64,000 nucleotides of DNA, taken from the IMG/VR virus record IMGVR_UViG_3300042516_005163, positions 11,140-75,139 of that record; one strand, given 5' to 3'. Positions 49,646-58,571 of this stretch are shown piece by piece. Under the pieces are notes generated by a model, which saw only the letters and a program-made list of their open reading frames with translations, was not told where the DNA came from and did not search any database. Positions within the stretch are counted from its first letter, which is position 1. Each line of letters starts with the position of its first letter. This DNA comes from a virus. Position numbers and translations under genes: made by a program.

Positions 49646-50257
49646 ATGTCAAAACGACCAATTCTAAAATTAAATGCAAGTTTCTTCCCATTGGCTACAA
49701 GCTCATGGACTGATATTGTAGTTAATATTTTTTCAGGTGCAGCTCATCCATTAGATATTTGGTATGCTCAAAAAGAAGATGGAACTTATGATGAAACAAC
49801 TGTTGAATACTTCAATGTGGTCAAAAATTGGAAAGAGTGGACTTTACTGCCTATCCGTCCTATTGATGATTATGTTCATACCACCTCAGGTCCTGTTCGC
49901 TTGCCTAGTGTTGTTGTGGCTTCTCGCTATAACAAAGTAAAGTATAAGACTGTGCAGTTTCCTACCAAGCAAAACATCTTTAAAAGAGACAAATACACTT
50001 GCGGTTACTCTGGTCGTAAATTGCAGAAGCATGAATTGAGTGTTGATCATATTCTACCCATTAGCCGTGGTGGTGGTAATACCTGGACTAACTTAATCAC
50101 ATGCTGCAAGTCTATAAATACGTTTAAAGATAACAGGACACCAGAAGAATGTGGATTAAAATTGCTTTGGAAACCTGAAAAACCAACCAATGGTATTGAA
50201 AGTCTTGTATTTGATAATATGCGCGATGACTGGAAAATGTTCTTAAATGCTCAATAA
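49646..50257 (+). CDS. HNH endonuclease (McrA-like family)
   Basis: LKLNAS..P, LPSVV, NIFKRDKYTCGYSG, SVDHILPISRGG.NTWTNLITCC..IN..K..RTPEE. Confidence 0.85.
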   Translation: MSKRPILKLNASFFPLATSSWTDIVVNIFSGAAHPLDIWYAQKEDGTYDETTVEYFNVVKNWKEWTLLPIRPIDDYVHTTSGPVRLPSVVVASRYNKVKYKTVQFPTKQNIFKRDKYTCGYSGRKLQKHELSVDHILPISRGGGNTWTNLITCCKSINTFKDNRTPEECGLKLLWKPEKPTNGIESLVFDNMRDDWKMFLNAQ

Positions 50258-50288
50258 ACTCATTACCTGTGATATAAATATTAATAAC

Positions 50289-51197
50289 ATGAATATCACA
50301 GGTAATAAAAAAGCTATTTTGTATGTGGTGACAAATAAAGTCAACGGGTTAAAATACTATGGTGTTGTACATAAAAAAGATAAAACAATACAACAGCGTT
50401 TAACTGATCATATTGAAGGTAGGGGTGGTAAATTTTTGTTCCAAGCTATACAAGAATACGGTGTAGATAATTTTATAATTGAAGAAGTTGAACGTGGTGA
50501 TTTAGAGTATATATTATTGCGTGAAACGGAAGAAACAGCTAACACCCTATATATGCACGGAAAAGGTTACAATGGTAATTGTGGAAAATGTATTATATTA
50601 AACGAAGAAATGTGGGAAAGAAAAATTGCAAATACCGATCAAGAAACCCGTGTTAAGAGATGGAAAGAAACATATAACAAAAATAAACATCTACATAACT
50701 ATAATAGAGATAATGAGTTTTTAAAAAAACAAGAAAAAAATAATTATTCACAAATTCGAGGCAAAACAAAGAATGAAAGTGAAAGACTTCTTAAACTTTC
50801 TATTTCAAATAAGCAGCGATGGGACAACCCCACGGAGAAGATGATTGAAGGTAAGTTAAAATCTATTGAAACAAATAAAAATAAAACACCTGAAGAGAAG
50901 CAACTAATTATACAAAAACAGCTGGAAACCAAAAAAACAAAGCGGATGAATGGTGAATATATGTTATCATCACCATATAGTTGGCATACACCTATAGGTG
51001 TGTTCAAGGATGCTACTGCAGGTGCTACAGCTTTTGGAATAGGTTATAGTACTTTTAAGACGTGGTGTAAGAAAAATAAACAAATACTCAAACGTCATCA
51101 TAAATTTAATGATAAAATACCTCACGATTGGGATAACAAATTTACCAAAGACATAGGTTTTTATTTTGTAAAGGATACAAAGAGCAAAATGAAATGA
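50289..51197 (+). mobile_element. Free-standing GIY-YIG homing endonuclease
   Basis: ILYVVTNKVNGLKYYG..R...H..AIQEYG..NF..GYN; C-term HTP.GVF module; TATAAATA upstream. Confidence 0.8.
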
Positions 51198-51790
51198 GTA
51201 ATAGATTATATAGTCATAAAATGAAAAATAAATTTTGGTATGATGTTCCTTCATCTTTAACATGGGAAGATTGGGAGAAGTGGCGCAATGATACACGCGC
51301 TGCATATCCATTGCAATACTGGCTGCGAGAAACTGTGCCTCATTGGTTCCCAATTCATATCAAATGGCTTTATCGAGAGCTATACTGGAAAGTTTATCGC
51401 TTTTTCAAGCCATGCCATAAGGATATTCGCAAGGTTATTCCTCGTCAGTGGAGCGACATTGCTAATCTCATTGTTGATGTCAATTTTGCCATGATTCTTT
51501 CTTTCAAGAAAGAGGCTGATGAATCTCGGGTTGATTGGGATGGTACTGATAATCATCGCAAGTTCAAAAATTGGCTTGATGCTGCAGCTCATTGGGTGAA
51601 AGAAGGTCGTCCTAATTGCGTTGCACAAATGGAAGCTAGCTACCCTCCTCACCCTCTTCCAGAGCATATGAAAGAGTATACTTACGATCAATTGTATGGT
51701 AACGTAAACCATATGCAAAAGCTTATTGATGAAACCGATACTAATATCATCAAGCAGATGATTGACTATCGTGAATACTTTTGGACATGA
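51194..51790 (+). CDS. Conserved phage hypothetical protein (Trp-rich)
   Basis: Ends MIDYREYFWT. Confidence 0.6.
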   Translation: MSNRLYSHKMKNKFWYDVPSSLTWEDWEKWRNDTRAAYPLQYWLRETVPHWFPIHIKWLYRELYWKVYRFFKPCHKDIRKVIPRQWSDIANLIVDVNFAMILSFKKEADESRVDWDGTDNHRKFKNWLDAAAHWVKEGRPNCVAQMEASYPPHPLPEHMKEYTYDQLYGNVNHMQKLIDETDTNIIKQMIDYREYFWT

Positions 51791-51945
51791 AAATCGATAA
51801 AGAAAAACTCTACGAACTCTATTTGCAAGCAATGGACGAGATTCTTGACGAATGCGATTGGAAAACGCATTTCACAGCACAAGAATGTGTTCATCTTGTA
51901 TCAAGAGTACTTGAACAAAATCCTGAATTAATATCAAATGACTGA
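51787..51945 (+). CDS. Small hypothetical protein (not in ORF track)
   Basis: MKIDKEKLYELYLQAMDEILDECDWKTHF..., fills gap, ATGA-coupled. Confidence 0.55.
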   Translation: MKIDKEKLYELYLQAMDEILDECDWKTHFTAQECVHLVSRVLEQNPELISND

Positions 51946-52201
51946 AAACTGGCAACCCATTATTACCGTTTACCAAGATGAAGAACTTGGCCGTGTGGGG
52001 AGTCGCATTATAAAATCTTTTGATGCCTCACCTAAAACTATTGCAGGTATTTTAATCAATATTTTAGACATGCTGGTTGACAAAGTCTCAGAACAAGACC
52101 AGATTGCTATGGAAGAAGCTGTTTTGAAAATTTTTAAAGATGGATTAGCTGAACGCCACAATTTTTCTGGTAGAGAACCTTTTTACGATGAACACAGTTA
52201 A
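51938..52201 (+). CDS. Hypothetical protein
   Basis: 87 aa in gene train. Confidence 0.5.
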   Translation: MTENWQPIITVYQDEELGRVGSRIIKSFDASPKTIAGILINILDMLVDKVSEQDQIAMEEAVLKIFKDGLAERHNFSGREPFYDEHS

Positions 52202-52640
52202 CCACTACACTGACTTATATAACGCACAAGAGTATGCTAAAGATTACGATGCTATCATCTCATTAGGACACAAACTACCGGAGCAATTTCGTGGAAACAA
52301 AAAATATCTTTACCTCAACTTCGAGGACGTTACTTACGACATCTTACAAATCGCGCCAACAGAGGATGTATACGCGCCGAACAAAAGACATGTTAAGGAG
52401 TTGCTTAAATTCATTCGTGGTTTGTCTCCTTCTGAACGTTTGCTGGTTCACTGCTATGCCGGTTATTCGAGATCTCCCGCCGTTGCTGCCATTGCAGAAA
52501 CAGAGAGAGATGGAACGCCACTTGAACACTCTATTGAACATCTCCCGGAAAATCGTATACCCGACAAGTTGATTCCAAAGCCGAATGATATTATATTAGA
52601 CATGTATGAGCGAATCAAAAACGAAGAAAATAGGAGCTAG
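52188..52640 (+). CDS. Cys-based (tyrosine/dual-specificity-type) phosphatase
   Basis: FEDV acid loop; VHCYAGYSRS (CX5R); PN. Confidence 0.85.
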   Translation: MNTVNHYTDLYNAQEYAKDYDAIISLGHKLPEQFRGNKKYLYLNFEDVTYDILQIAPTEDVYAPNKRHVKELLKFIRGLSPSERLLVHCYAGYSRSPAVAAIAETERDGTPLEHSIEHLPENRIPDKLIPKPNDIILDMYERIKNEENRS

Positions 52641-52839
52641 AGAGTATACTGAAGACGAGCTAGTTCATATCGATAATCTTAAGAAGGAAATCTCTTGCAT
52701 TCAAGCAGAACTTGAGATGAGATATGAAGGTCTCATTCGTAAGCTTAAAGTAAGTGATAAAGACAACCCTTGGCTTTTTGATTACATCTATAATGATTTT
52801 GAACTATCAGTTGAACAAATTGGAGTACCACAATGCTAA
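52606..52839 (+). CDS. Hypothetical protein
   Basis: WLFDYIYN. Confidence 0.5.
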   Translation: MSESKTKKIGAREYTEDELVHIDNLKKEISCIQAELEMRYEGLIRKLKVSDKDNPWLFDYIYNDFELSVEQIGVPQC

Positions 52840-52844
52840 AAAAT

Positions 52845-52860
52845 GGAAATGTGATAAAAT
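52845..52860 (+). promoter_or_regulatory. GGAAA-N5-TAAAAT promoter
   Basis: GGAAA tgtga TAAAAT, 6 nt to ATG 52867. Confidence 0.65.
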
Positions 52861-52866
52861 AACAAG

Positions 52867-53565
52867 ATGAAAGATAAGATTGTATTTGTCGGAGACATTC
52901 ATGGTGAATTTGGTCGCCTGCGATGGGATATTAAAACGAAATATTCAAACGCTCACATAATTCAAGTGGGGGATTTTGGTATAGGTTTTTATAAGCCTAA
53001 TCACTATAAAGTTGAATTAAAGGAACTTAATGAAACTCTGGAACGAAGGAATTGCCATCTGTATGCTATTCGCGGCAATCATGATAACCCAGAGTATTTT
53101 AAAGATACCCATAACCCTTTTGATTATAAGAACATTACCCTGCTTGCAGATTACTCTGAGCTAGAATTGCTCAATAGAAATATGTTGCTTGTAGGTGGTG
53201 CTGTGAGTGTCGATAGAGGTTATCGTGAGGAAGGAAAGAACTATTGGAGCGATGAAGAATTTGTTCTCAAGCTTGAACACGAATTCCCATACAGAGACCG
53301 CCAGTATGATTTTGTAGTTACTCATACCCGCCCTGGGGTGTGTGGAGCATTTAAAGGTTTTGCAAACATTAAGCATTGGTGCGACCAAGATTATGATTTG
53401 AAAAACGAACTTATTGAAGAAAGTCAAAAACTTGACTACCTTTATGAACACACAAAGCCAAAGCGTTGGTACTACGGGCACTTTCATGAGTCATTAGGTA
53501 TCAATTATGAGGACACCCACTTTAGATGCCTTAACATCCACGAACATCACATGATTTATGAGTAA
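52867..53565 (+). CDS. Calcineurin-like metallophosphoesterase
   Basis: GDIHG, GDFG, RGNHD, GGAVSVDR, THTRP, GHFH. Confidence 0.88.
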   Translation: MKDKIVFVGDIHGEFGRLRWDIKTKYSNAHIIQVGDFGIGFYKPNHYKVELKELNETLERRNCHLYAIRGNHDNPEYFKDTHNPFDYKNITLLADYSELELLNRNMLLVGGAVSVDRGYREEGKNYWSDEEFVLKLEHEFPYRDRQYDFVVTHTRPGVCGAFKGFANIKHWCDQDYDLKNELIEESQKLDYLYEHTKPKRWYYGHFHESLGINYEDTHFRCLNIHEHHMIYE

Positions 53566-53782
53566 TAAACTATCTTTGTACGTTAACGGTTACGGAGCAT
53601 TTTGTAATCGTAACCATGAACAAATCAATTATGGTCAGACTGGCAACTACTGGACTGATGCTACTGCATGTGGAGAGTATATGTGGTTTCAACCTGATGT
53701 TGATGCTTATGCTATTAAAGTGAAAGCTAAACATATATTCAAAGAAGATGATACGTATTTGAATGGTACAGAAATAGAATAG
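53558..53782 (+). CDS. Hypothetical protein
   Basis: 74 aa coupled ORF. Confidence 0.45.
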   Translation: MSNKLSLYVNGYGAFCNRNHEQINYGQTGNYWTDATACGEYMWFQPDVDAYAIKVKAKHIFKEDDTYLNGTEIE

Positions 53783-53816
53783 TTGATTATTTTATTTTAT
53801 AATGTAATATATCAGT

Positions 53817-54092
53817 ATGAAAACACTAATCGCAATTACTGCAGTCATGATGCTTGCAAGCTGTTCATCAGTTAAGTCAACTACTGATGCCGCTCTTGAT
53901 CAAGCTCGTACTGGAGCATCGTTGGGATTCTCAACTCAAAAGGTTGAGAAGGGTTATCAGGTAAGTGGTCATGCATCCACTAACGTCTTTGGTATTGAGC
54001 CATATGGTTCTTTTACTGCTGGTGTTAGGTATGCTCCAAAGGCTCTAGCACCTGCTCCCGCTCCAGCCGCTCCTAAGGCTGTAACGAAGTAA
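53817..54092 (+). CDS. Small lipoprotein
   Basis: MKTLIAITAVMMLAS|C lipobox; Pro/Ala tail. Confidence 0.75.
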   Translation: MKTLIAITAVMMLASCSSVKSTTDAALDQARTGASLGFSTQKVEKGYQVSGHASTNVFGIEPYGSFTAGVRYAPKALAPAPAPAAPKAVTK

Positions 54093-54101
54093 GACAATAA
54101 T

Positions 54102-54130
54102 GGAGCCCTCGAAAGAGGGCTCCTTCTTTT
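54102..54130 (+). terminator. Rho-independent terminator
   Basis: GGAGCCCTC-GAAA-GAGGGCTCC-TTCTTTT. Confidence 0.9.
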
Positions 54131-54730
54131 ATGGAAAACTTTGAGCAATACTTAATGGATAAATATCCTTACTTGTTCTACAAGAATGAATCAGGAAAGT
54201 CAGAATGTCCTGGTGGTGTGTGGGTACCACCGGGGTGGGAAAAAACTGTTAATGATTTGTGCGGTGCTATTTTTCAATATATAAAATGCACTCATCGTTT
54301 AAACAGTGAAGTTACCAACAACGCTTATTATTTTTGGAGAAGCATTGCAACTGCTCTTGATTGGAGCCACAAAAAGTTTCTTAAATTATTCCCCAAATAC
54401 AACAAATACGAATATAACAAACCAGTTTATTCTTTCGTTGAGAAGTTTCGTCAGCGTTATTATAAATGCGTCAAGTATAATAAGGTGTATCCGCCTGCTG
54501 TCAAAATTGATCAAATTAAAGAGAAGTTTGGTGAGCTTCGTTTTTACTACTCTGGTGGTGATGAACAAGTTGCTGGTATGGTTCACATGGCTGAATATCT
54601 CTGCAATCAAACTTGCGAAGTTTCTGGAGAAGATGGCGTTCTATGCGTGAGAGGCGGTTGGTTAAAAACTATGTCGCCAAAATTGCTTGATAAGGGTGTT
54701 TACGAAGGTTACAAACCAGTTAAACAATAA
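54131..54730 (+). CDS. Conserved phage protein (QIKEKFG.LRFY family)
   Basis: PPGW..., DQIKEKFGELRFY..AE....TCEVSG..G....GGWLKT. Confidence 0.7.
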   Translation: MENFEQYLMDKYPYLFYKNESGKSECPGGVWVPPGWEKTVNDLCGAIFQYIKCTHRLNSEVTNNAYYFWRSIATALDWSHKKFLKLFPKYNKYEYNKPVYSFVEKFRQRYYKCVKYNKVYPPAVKIDQIKEKFGELRFYYSGGDEQVAGMVHMAEYLCNQTCEVSGEDGVLCVRGGWLKTMSPKLLDKGVYEGYKPVKQ

Positions 54731-54731
54731 T

Positions 54732-55229
54732 ATGATTCCAATTAAAGACAAAAAATACATGATCAACTGCCAAGGCCCGTACGATTATAATCGTTACATG
54801 GGAGAGGGAGTTTTTACTGGAGAAGTAACAGATTTTGGAGACGAAACTTGTTACGGATTTATAATCCCCACTGAAAAAGAAGTTTGTTTTTTTGTTGAAG
54901 AAGAAATCGTTGCGGAATTTACTAATGACAATCAATTTCGACCACTAATTTATGACCCCGAAAATTATCCAGAAGATTCTGACTACTGTGAAACTTGTGG
55001 TAGTTGTGGTGAGACTGGTTGTTGCCCACCAATCAATTGCCAAGCCGTCAAATGCAAATACGGCGAAACTAATTTAAAAGACTATGAATGCTTCCAGAAT
55101 CAGTGGGAGATTATGTTTAATGCTTTGAAAGAGCTTTGGGAATTTAACAATAATGAAATTGCAAAAAATGCCCTAAATGCAGTTGACAAAGAATGGGACA
55201 AACTCTATAATAAAGAATCCGATGACTAA
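54732..55229 (+). CDS. Hypothetical protein with C-terminal Cys-rich domain shared with 57146-57427
   Basis: YCETCGSCGETGCCPPINCQAVKCKYG. Confidence 0.65.
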   Translation: MIPIKDKKYMINCQGPYDYNRYMGEGVFTGEVTDFGDETCYGFIIPTEKEVCFFVEEEIVAEFTNDNQFRPLIYDPENYPEDSDYCETCGSCGETGCCPPINCQAVKCKYGETNLKDYECFQNQWEIMFNALKELWEFNNNEIAKNALNAVDKEWDKLYNKESDD

Positions 55230-55479
55230 AGAAGAATACCCCGCAGAATGGGAATGGCCCAATATTGGCGACAAAGTAAAATTCAAAGGTGCTGATGGGA
55301 TGTTTTATCCGCACCATGTTAATGTTATCCAATTCGCTAAAGACAATTTAGAGGTTGGAAAAATCTATACAGTTCGCAATTGTGAAGTTTACTCTTCATG
55401 GTGTGCAGTATGGTTGGAGGAAATTGAGGGCGATCATTTCTTTCATCTTTCTATGTTTGAATGGCCCATTAAAGAATAA
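55222..55479 (+). CDS. Hypothetical protein
   Basis: GDKVKF..LEVGKIYTV. Confidence 0.55.
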   Translation: MTKEEYPAEWEWPNIGDKVKFKGADGMFYPHHVNVIQFAKDNLEVGKIYTVRNCEVYSSWCAVWLEEIEGDHFFHLSMFEWPIKE

Positions 55480-55483
55480 AATC

Positions 55484-55687
55484 ATGATCAAATCACTATA
55501 CGTCCATACTTGTGATGAGTGTGGCAAAACTTTCACAGAAGAGTCAGTCGGAAAATGGATTAATGGCTGGTTTCAAATTAAAACATCCACAAGTTCCTTT
55601 TATGGAACAATCATAAATCCAATTGACATCTGCTCTCTAGAGTGTATGATTAGCTGGGCGCAAAAACAAAAACAAAAGAAAGAATAA
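55484..55687 (+). CDS. Small zinc-finger protein
   Basis: TCDECGK..DICSLEC. Confidence 0.55.
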   Translation: MIKSLYVHTCDECGKTFTEESVGKWINGWFQIKTSTSSFYGTIINPIDICSLECMISWAQKQKQKKE

Positions 55688-55689
55688 TT

Positions 55690-55854
55690 ATGTTTGAAGG
55701 ATTTCCAGACGGACCAAATGATGAAGATGAAGACTATGTTCCACCGCCTATGGCGTGGTGGGAGAGAATCTATATGGTTGGTGGCATGAGTCTTTTTATT
55801 TGCGCAATTCTATTTGTCGTAAAATCATGCAATGAAAATAAATGTCCTTTTTAA
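55690..55854 (+). CDS. Small membrane protein (not in ORF track)
   Basis: MFEGFPDGPNDEDEDYVPPPMAWWERIYMVGGMSLFICAILFVVKSC. Confidence 0.45.
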   Translation: MFEGFPDGPNDEDEDYVPPPMAWWERIYMVGGMSLFICAILFVVKSCNENKCPF

Positions 55855-55857
55855 GTT

Positions 55858-56223
55858 ATGAGATACGACAACAGCCCTAAGCCTTGGTCTATTGTAGAAA
55901 GTTCTTGGCAGACAACTTTAATTCTTGATAAGAATCAAAAACTTATTGCAGAATTATCTATTGAAGACGATGAAAATTCTTTTGATAAGAATAGTAAAAT
56001 ACGAGACGCTAATGCCAAGCATATTGTAGAATGTGTCAATTCATACACGCTTTTAGAAGAAGATTTGGAAAAATTTCGAGATGCTGTTAAAACTGCTCAT
56101 GATGTTCTTTTAACTGTTGTGAATGAATGTAATCTTTATTACAAAGAAAGCGCAGACATTGACAATTATACACTTGATGATTGCTACGCAGCAATTGCTA
56201 AAATTAAACAATTAAAATATTAA
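55858..56223 (+). CDS. Hypothetical protein, C-terminal domain shared with 47727-48056
   Basis: PKPW..ANAKHIVECVN N-domain plus HDVLLTVVNECNL domain. Confidence 0.6.
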   Translation: MRYDNSPKPWSIVESSWQTTLILDKNQKLIAELSIEDDENSFDKNSKIRDANAKHIVECVNSYTLLEEDLEKFRDAVKTAHDVLLTVVNECNLYYKESADIDNYTLDDCYAAIAKIKQLKY

Positions 56224-56293
56224 ATTATAAGCTCAATAGCGTACGCAAAAGATGGGTTGGATCGCATTGGCATGAGACACTATATTGACTGAT

Positions 56294-56503
56294 ATGATTA
56301 CATTAAGAGGTACATACGCAGATGAATGTGATGGTAGTTTGCCTGATCGTGAATTACAATTCGTTTGTAGAGTTATGCCTGCAATTTGTACACAAACACG
56401 CAGGATAGTCTGGGTTAACGGGGTTGGTAAAGAAATCATTATTCAAGATGAAGATGTTCTGCAACAATTTTGTGAAGGTGGTTGGTATGCATTATATAGA
56501 TAA
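56294..56503 (+). CDS. Hypothetical protein
   Basis: Short ORF in gene train. Confidence 0.4.
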   Translation: MITLRGTYADECDGSLPDRELQFVCRVMPAICTQTRRIVWVNGVGKEIIIQDEDVLQQFCEGGWYALYR

Positions 56504-56505
56504 TT

Positions 56506-56712
56506 ATGAATCCAGAAGATTTAAAAATTGAATATTGGCCTCCTAGAGATAAAGGAGGTCAACAAGTAAGCTACATCAGCAAAGGAATAAAGGTCACTCA
56601 TGTTCCAACTGGTTTGGTTGCCATTTGTGATTGCGCTCGTAGTCAATTTAAAAATAAAAATATTGCCACACAGATGATTGAATATGGATTATCATTCCTA
56701 ACAGAACAATAA
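56506..56712 (+). CDS. Stand-alone class I release factor GGQ domain, second copy
   Basis: NPEDLKIE..GGQQV..IKVTHVPTGLVAIC..RSQFKNKNIA vs RF1 NPADLRID..GGQHV..IRITHLPTGIVVEC..RSQHKNKAKA. Confidence 0.88.
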   Translation: MNPEDLKIEYWPPRDKGGQQVSYISKGIKVTHVPTGLVAICDCARSQFKNKNIATQMIEYGLSFLTEQ

Positions 56713-56719
56713 AACGAAT

Positions 56720-56971
56720 ATGAGTACTCAACCACACATCAACGAAACAACAAAACAACTTCTAGAAAATTACCCAACAAGAAATTTTGGTGTTAGATTT
56801 TCTGGTCATGGAAGCTCTTTTATTCCAGAGCGTCCCGTTTGCGATAAAACGTACGAAGAAGCTGTAAAAGAGGCAATTGAATGGCAGCTTCGTGCCGACA
56901 CTATTGGTGGTAGATCAGAGATTGTAGAAGATTTGGGAAATAACCAATATAGAGAATATAATGACTTTTAA
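56720..56971 (+). CDS. Hypothetical protein, paralog of 48328-48588
   Basis: ~75% identical by manual alignment. Confidence 0.7.
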   Translation: MSTQPHINETTKQLLENYPTRNFGVRFSGHGSSFIPERPVCDKTYEEAVKEAIEWQLRADTIGGRSEIVEDLGNNQYREYNDF

Positions 56972-57149
56972 TACAACTAGAACGCAAAACATAATCTGCC
57001 CATATTGCGGATACGAAGATAAAGACTCATGGGAAGTAGATTTTGGAATTGGTTTAGATGGAGATGCTGAAATTTACTGTTCTTCATGTGATAAAGATTT
57101 TTTTGTCAGTAGAGTTGTTGATGTAAAATATTCAAGTAAAAAAATATGA
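56961..57149 (+). CDS. Acidic zinc-ribbon protein, paralog of 48591-48785
   Basis: CPYCGYEDKDSWEVDFG..CSSC. Confidence 0.7.
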   Translation: MTFNTTRTQNIICPYCGYEDKDSWEVDFGIGLDGDAEIYCSSCDKDFFVSRVVDVKYSSKKI

Positions 57150-57427
57150 CTGAACAAGAAATTCAAAACCAAATTGATTCCGAAAACGATTACTGTGAAA
57201 CTTGCGGCAGTTGTGGTGAAACTGGCTGCTGCCCTCCAATCAATTGCCAAGCAGTCAAATGCAAATACGGCGAAATCAATTTAAAAGACTATAAATGCTT
57301 CCAAAATCAGTGGGAGATTATGTTCAATGCATTGAAAGAGCTTGCAGACCTTGATTACGACAAAGTTGCAATAAATGCACTAAATGCAGTTGATAAAGAA
57401 TGGGATAAACTCTATAGTAAAGAATGA
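57146..57427 (+). CDS. Cys-rich protein, paralog of C-terminal half of 54732-55229
   Basis: Near-identical CETCGSCGETGCCPPINC..WEIMFNALKEL. Confidence 0.65.
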   Translation: MTEQEIQNQIDSENDYCETCGSCGETGCCPPINCQAVKCKYGEINLKDYKCFQNQWEIMFNALKELADLDYDKVAINALNAVDKEWDKLYSKE

Positions 57428-57627
57428 AATTCGAATTAACAGATAACGAATTACAAATGTATAATGCCAAACTCTTATTTTGGCAAGAAGAGCTTGAAAA
57501 TTACATGAGACTCGTTCCTTGGCATTTGCCAGAAATTGAAGAACAATATGGCTCATCAAACTACATCGTATTAAAATTAAAAGAGTTCAACGAAAAACAT
57601 CCATTTCCGAAATTAGTTGAATTATGA
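57424..57627 (+). CDS. Hypothetical protein
   Basis: ATGA-coupled. Confidence 0.5.
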   Translation: MKFELTDNELQMYNAKLLFWQEELENYMRLVPWHLPEIEEQYGSSNYIVLKLKEFNEKHPFPKLVEL

Positions 57628-57869
57628 AATTTGTCAAATTAACAGCAAAGCCCGACACTTGGTTCAAAGAAGGAACAGAAGTGTACAGCTACGATTGTCA
57701 TCCTCCGAAACAACTTTGGAGAGTTTCGCTTGACGAATGGGAGAGTAGTGTTAATGCTGAGAAATATCATCAAGGAGTTCTTGCAAGAGGTCAGACAGAA
57801 GATGGGTGGGATGGTGAGTTTTGCGCGTGCGACGAATTTGATGTAGAAATTGTAGATGAGCCTTTTTGA
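57624..57869 (+). CDS. Hypothetical protein
   Basis: AKPDTWFKEGTEV..DGEFCACDEF. Confidence 0.55.
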   Translation: MKFVKLTAKPDTWFKEGTEVYSYDCHPPKQLWRVSLDEWESSVNAEKYHQGVLARGQTEDGWDGEFCACDEFDVEIVDEPF

Positions 57870-57872
57870 ATT

Positions 57873-58319
57873 ATGAAAACTTTGATTACAGGGCATAGAT
57901 TACATAAACTACAGCAGTATGATATAGCATGGATTCAAAATGCCATATTAGAATCGCTTGAAAATACATTTCTTGTTTCAACGTCCTATGGATTATCTGG
58001 AATGGCTAGTGGTGTGGACTTATGGTTTTGTGATGCTTGCACTCTTCTCAATATTCCTTATGCAGCATGCATTCCTTTTGATAGTCAATCGGAAACAATG
58101 GACGAAGACAGTAAACTAGAAAGAGATTATCTTATCAAGAATGCAGCAGATGTATTAAAAATAAGAAATTCTCAAATGGTAGAAAAAGCAAATGCAGCAT
58201 TAGTTGTGTTTGATGGAAACAAAGGCGGAACTCACAACGTCTTTCAACAGTTGATTGAGAAAAACATTCCTATGGTTTGGATTAATCCTGTTGGTAAAAA
58301 AGTGTGGGAATTAATTTAA
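57873..58319 (+). CDS. SLOG-superfamily protein (YspA/DUF1273-like)
   Basis: ITGHR, SGMASGVD, IPF..Q, RNSQMVE, VFDG..GGT. Confidence 0.8.
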   Translation: MKTLITGHRLHKLQQYDIAWIQNAILESLENTFLVSTSYGLSGMASGVDLWFCDACTLLNIPYAACIPFDSQSETMDEDSKLERDYLIKNAADVLKIRNSQMVEKANAALVVFDGNKGGTHNVFQQLIEKNIPMVWINPVGKKVWELI

Positions 58320-58328
58320 TAAAATTTT

Positions 58329-58571
58329 ATGAATGTAATTCCGACACCAAAACCTCTTAATTGGTGCCATAATACAGCAGAATCTATATTCGGTTTATTT
58401 ATTATTACAAATAATAATAAAGAATTTTATTTAAAATTTCAAAAACCAACTCTTAGAAAGGATGAGTATATTTTTATCAACTCATTTTATTCTTTAGAAT
58501 CTGCTAGAGAATATGCTCAAAAACTTCATGATTTTCAAATATCAAAATTAACGACTAAATTTTTAACATGA
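58329..58571 (+). CDS. Hypothetical protein
   Basis: 80 aa. Confidence 0.45.
   Translation: MNVIPTPKPLNWCHNTAESIFGLFIITNNNKEFYLKFQKPTLRKDEYIFINSFYSLESAREYAQKLHDFQISKLTTKFLT

Noticed and set aside
48787-56712. Release-factor genes as a sign of stop-codon recoding
   Set aside because: Code 11 gives full-length genes, TAA/TAG/TGA all end genes, and the proteins lack the decoding domain
54981-57427. Duplicated segments as DGR template/variable repeats
   Set aside because: Differences are not adenine-specific, are mostly synonymous, both copies are coding, and there is no reverse transcriptase in the window
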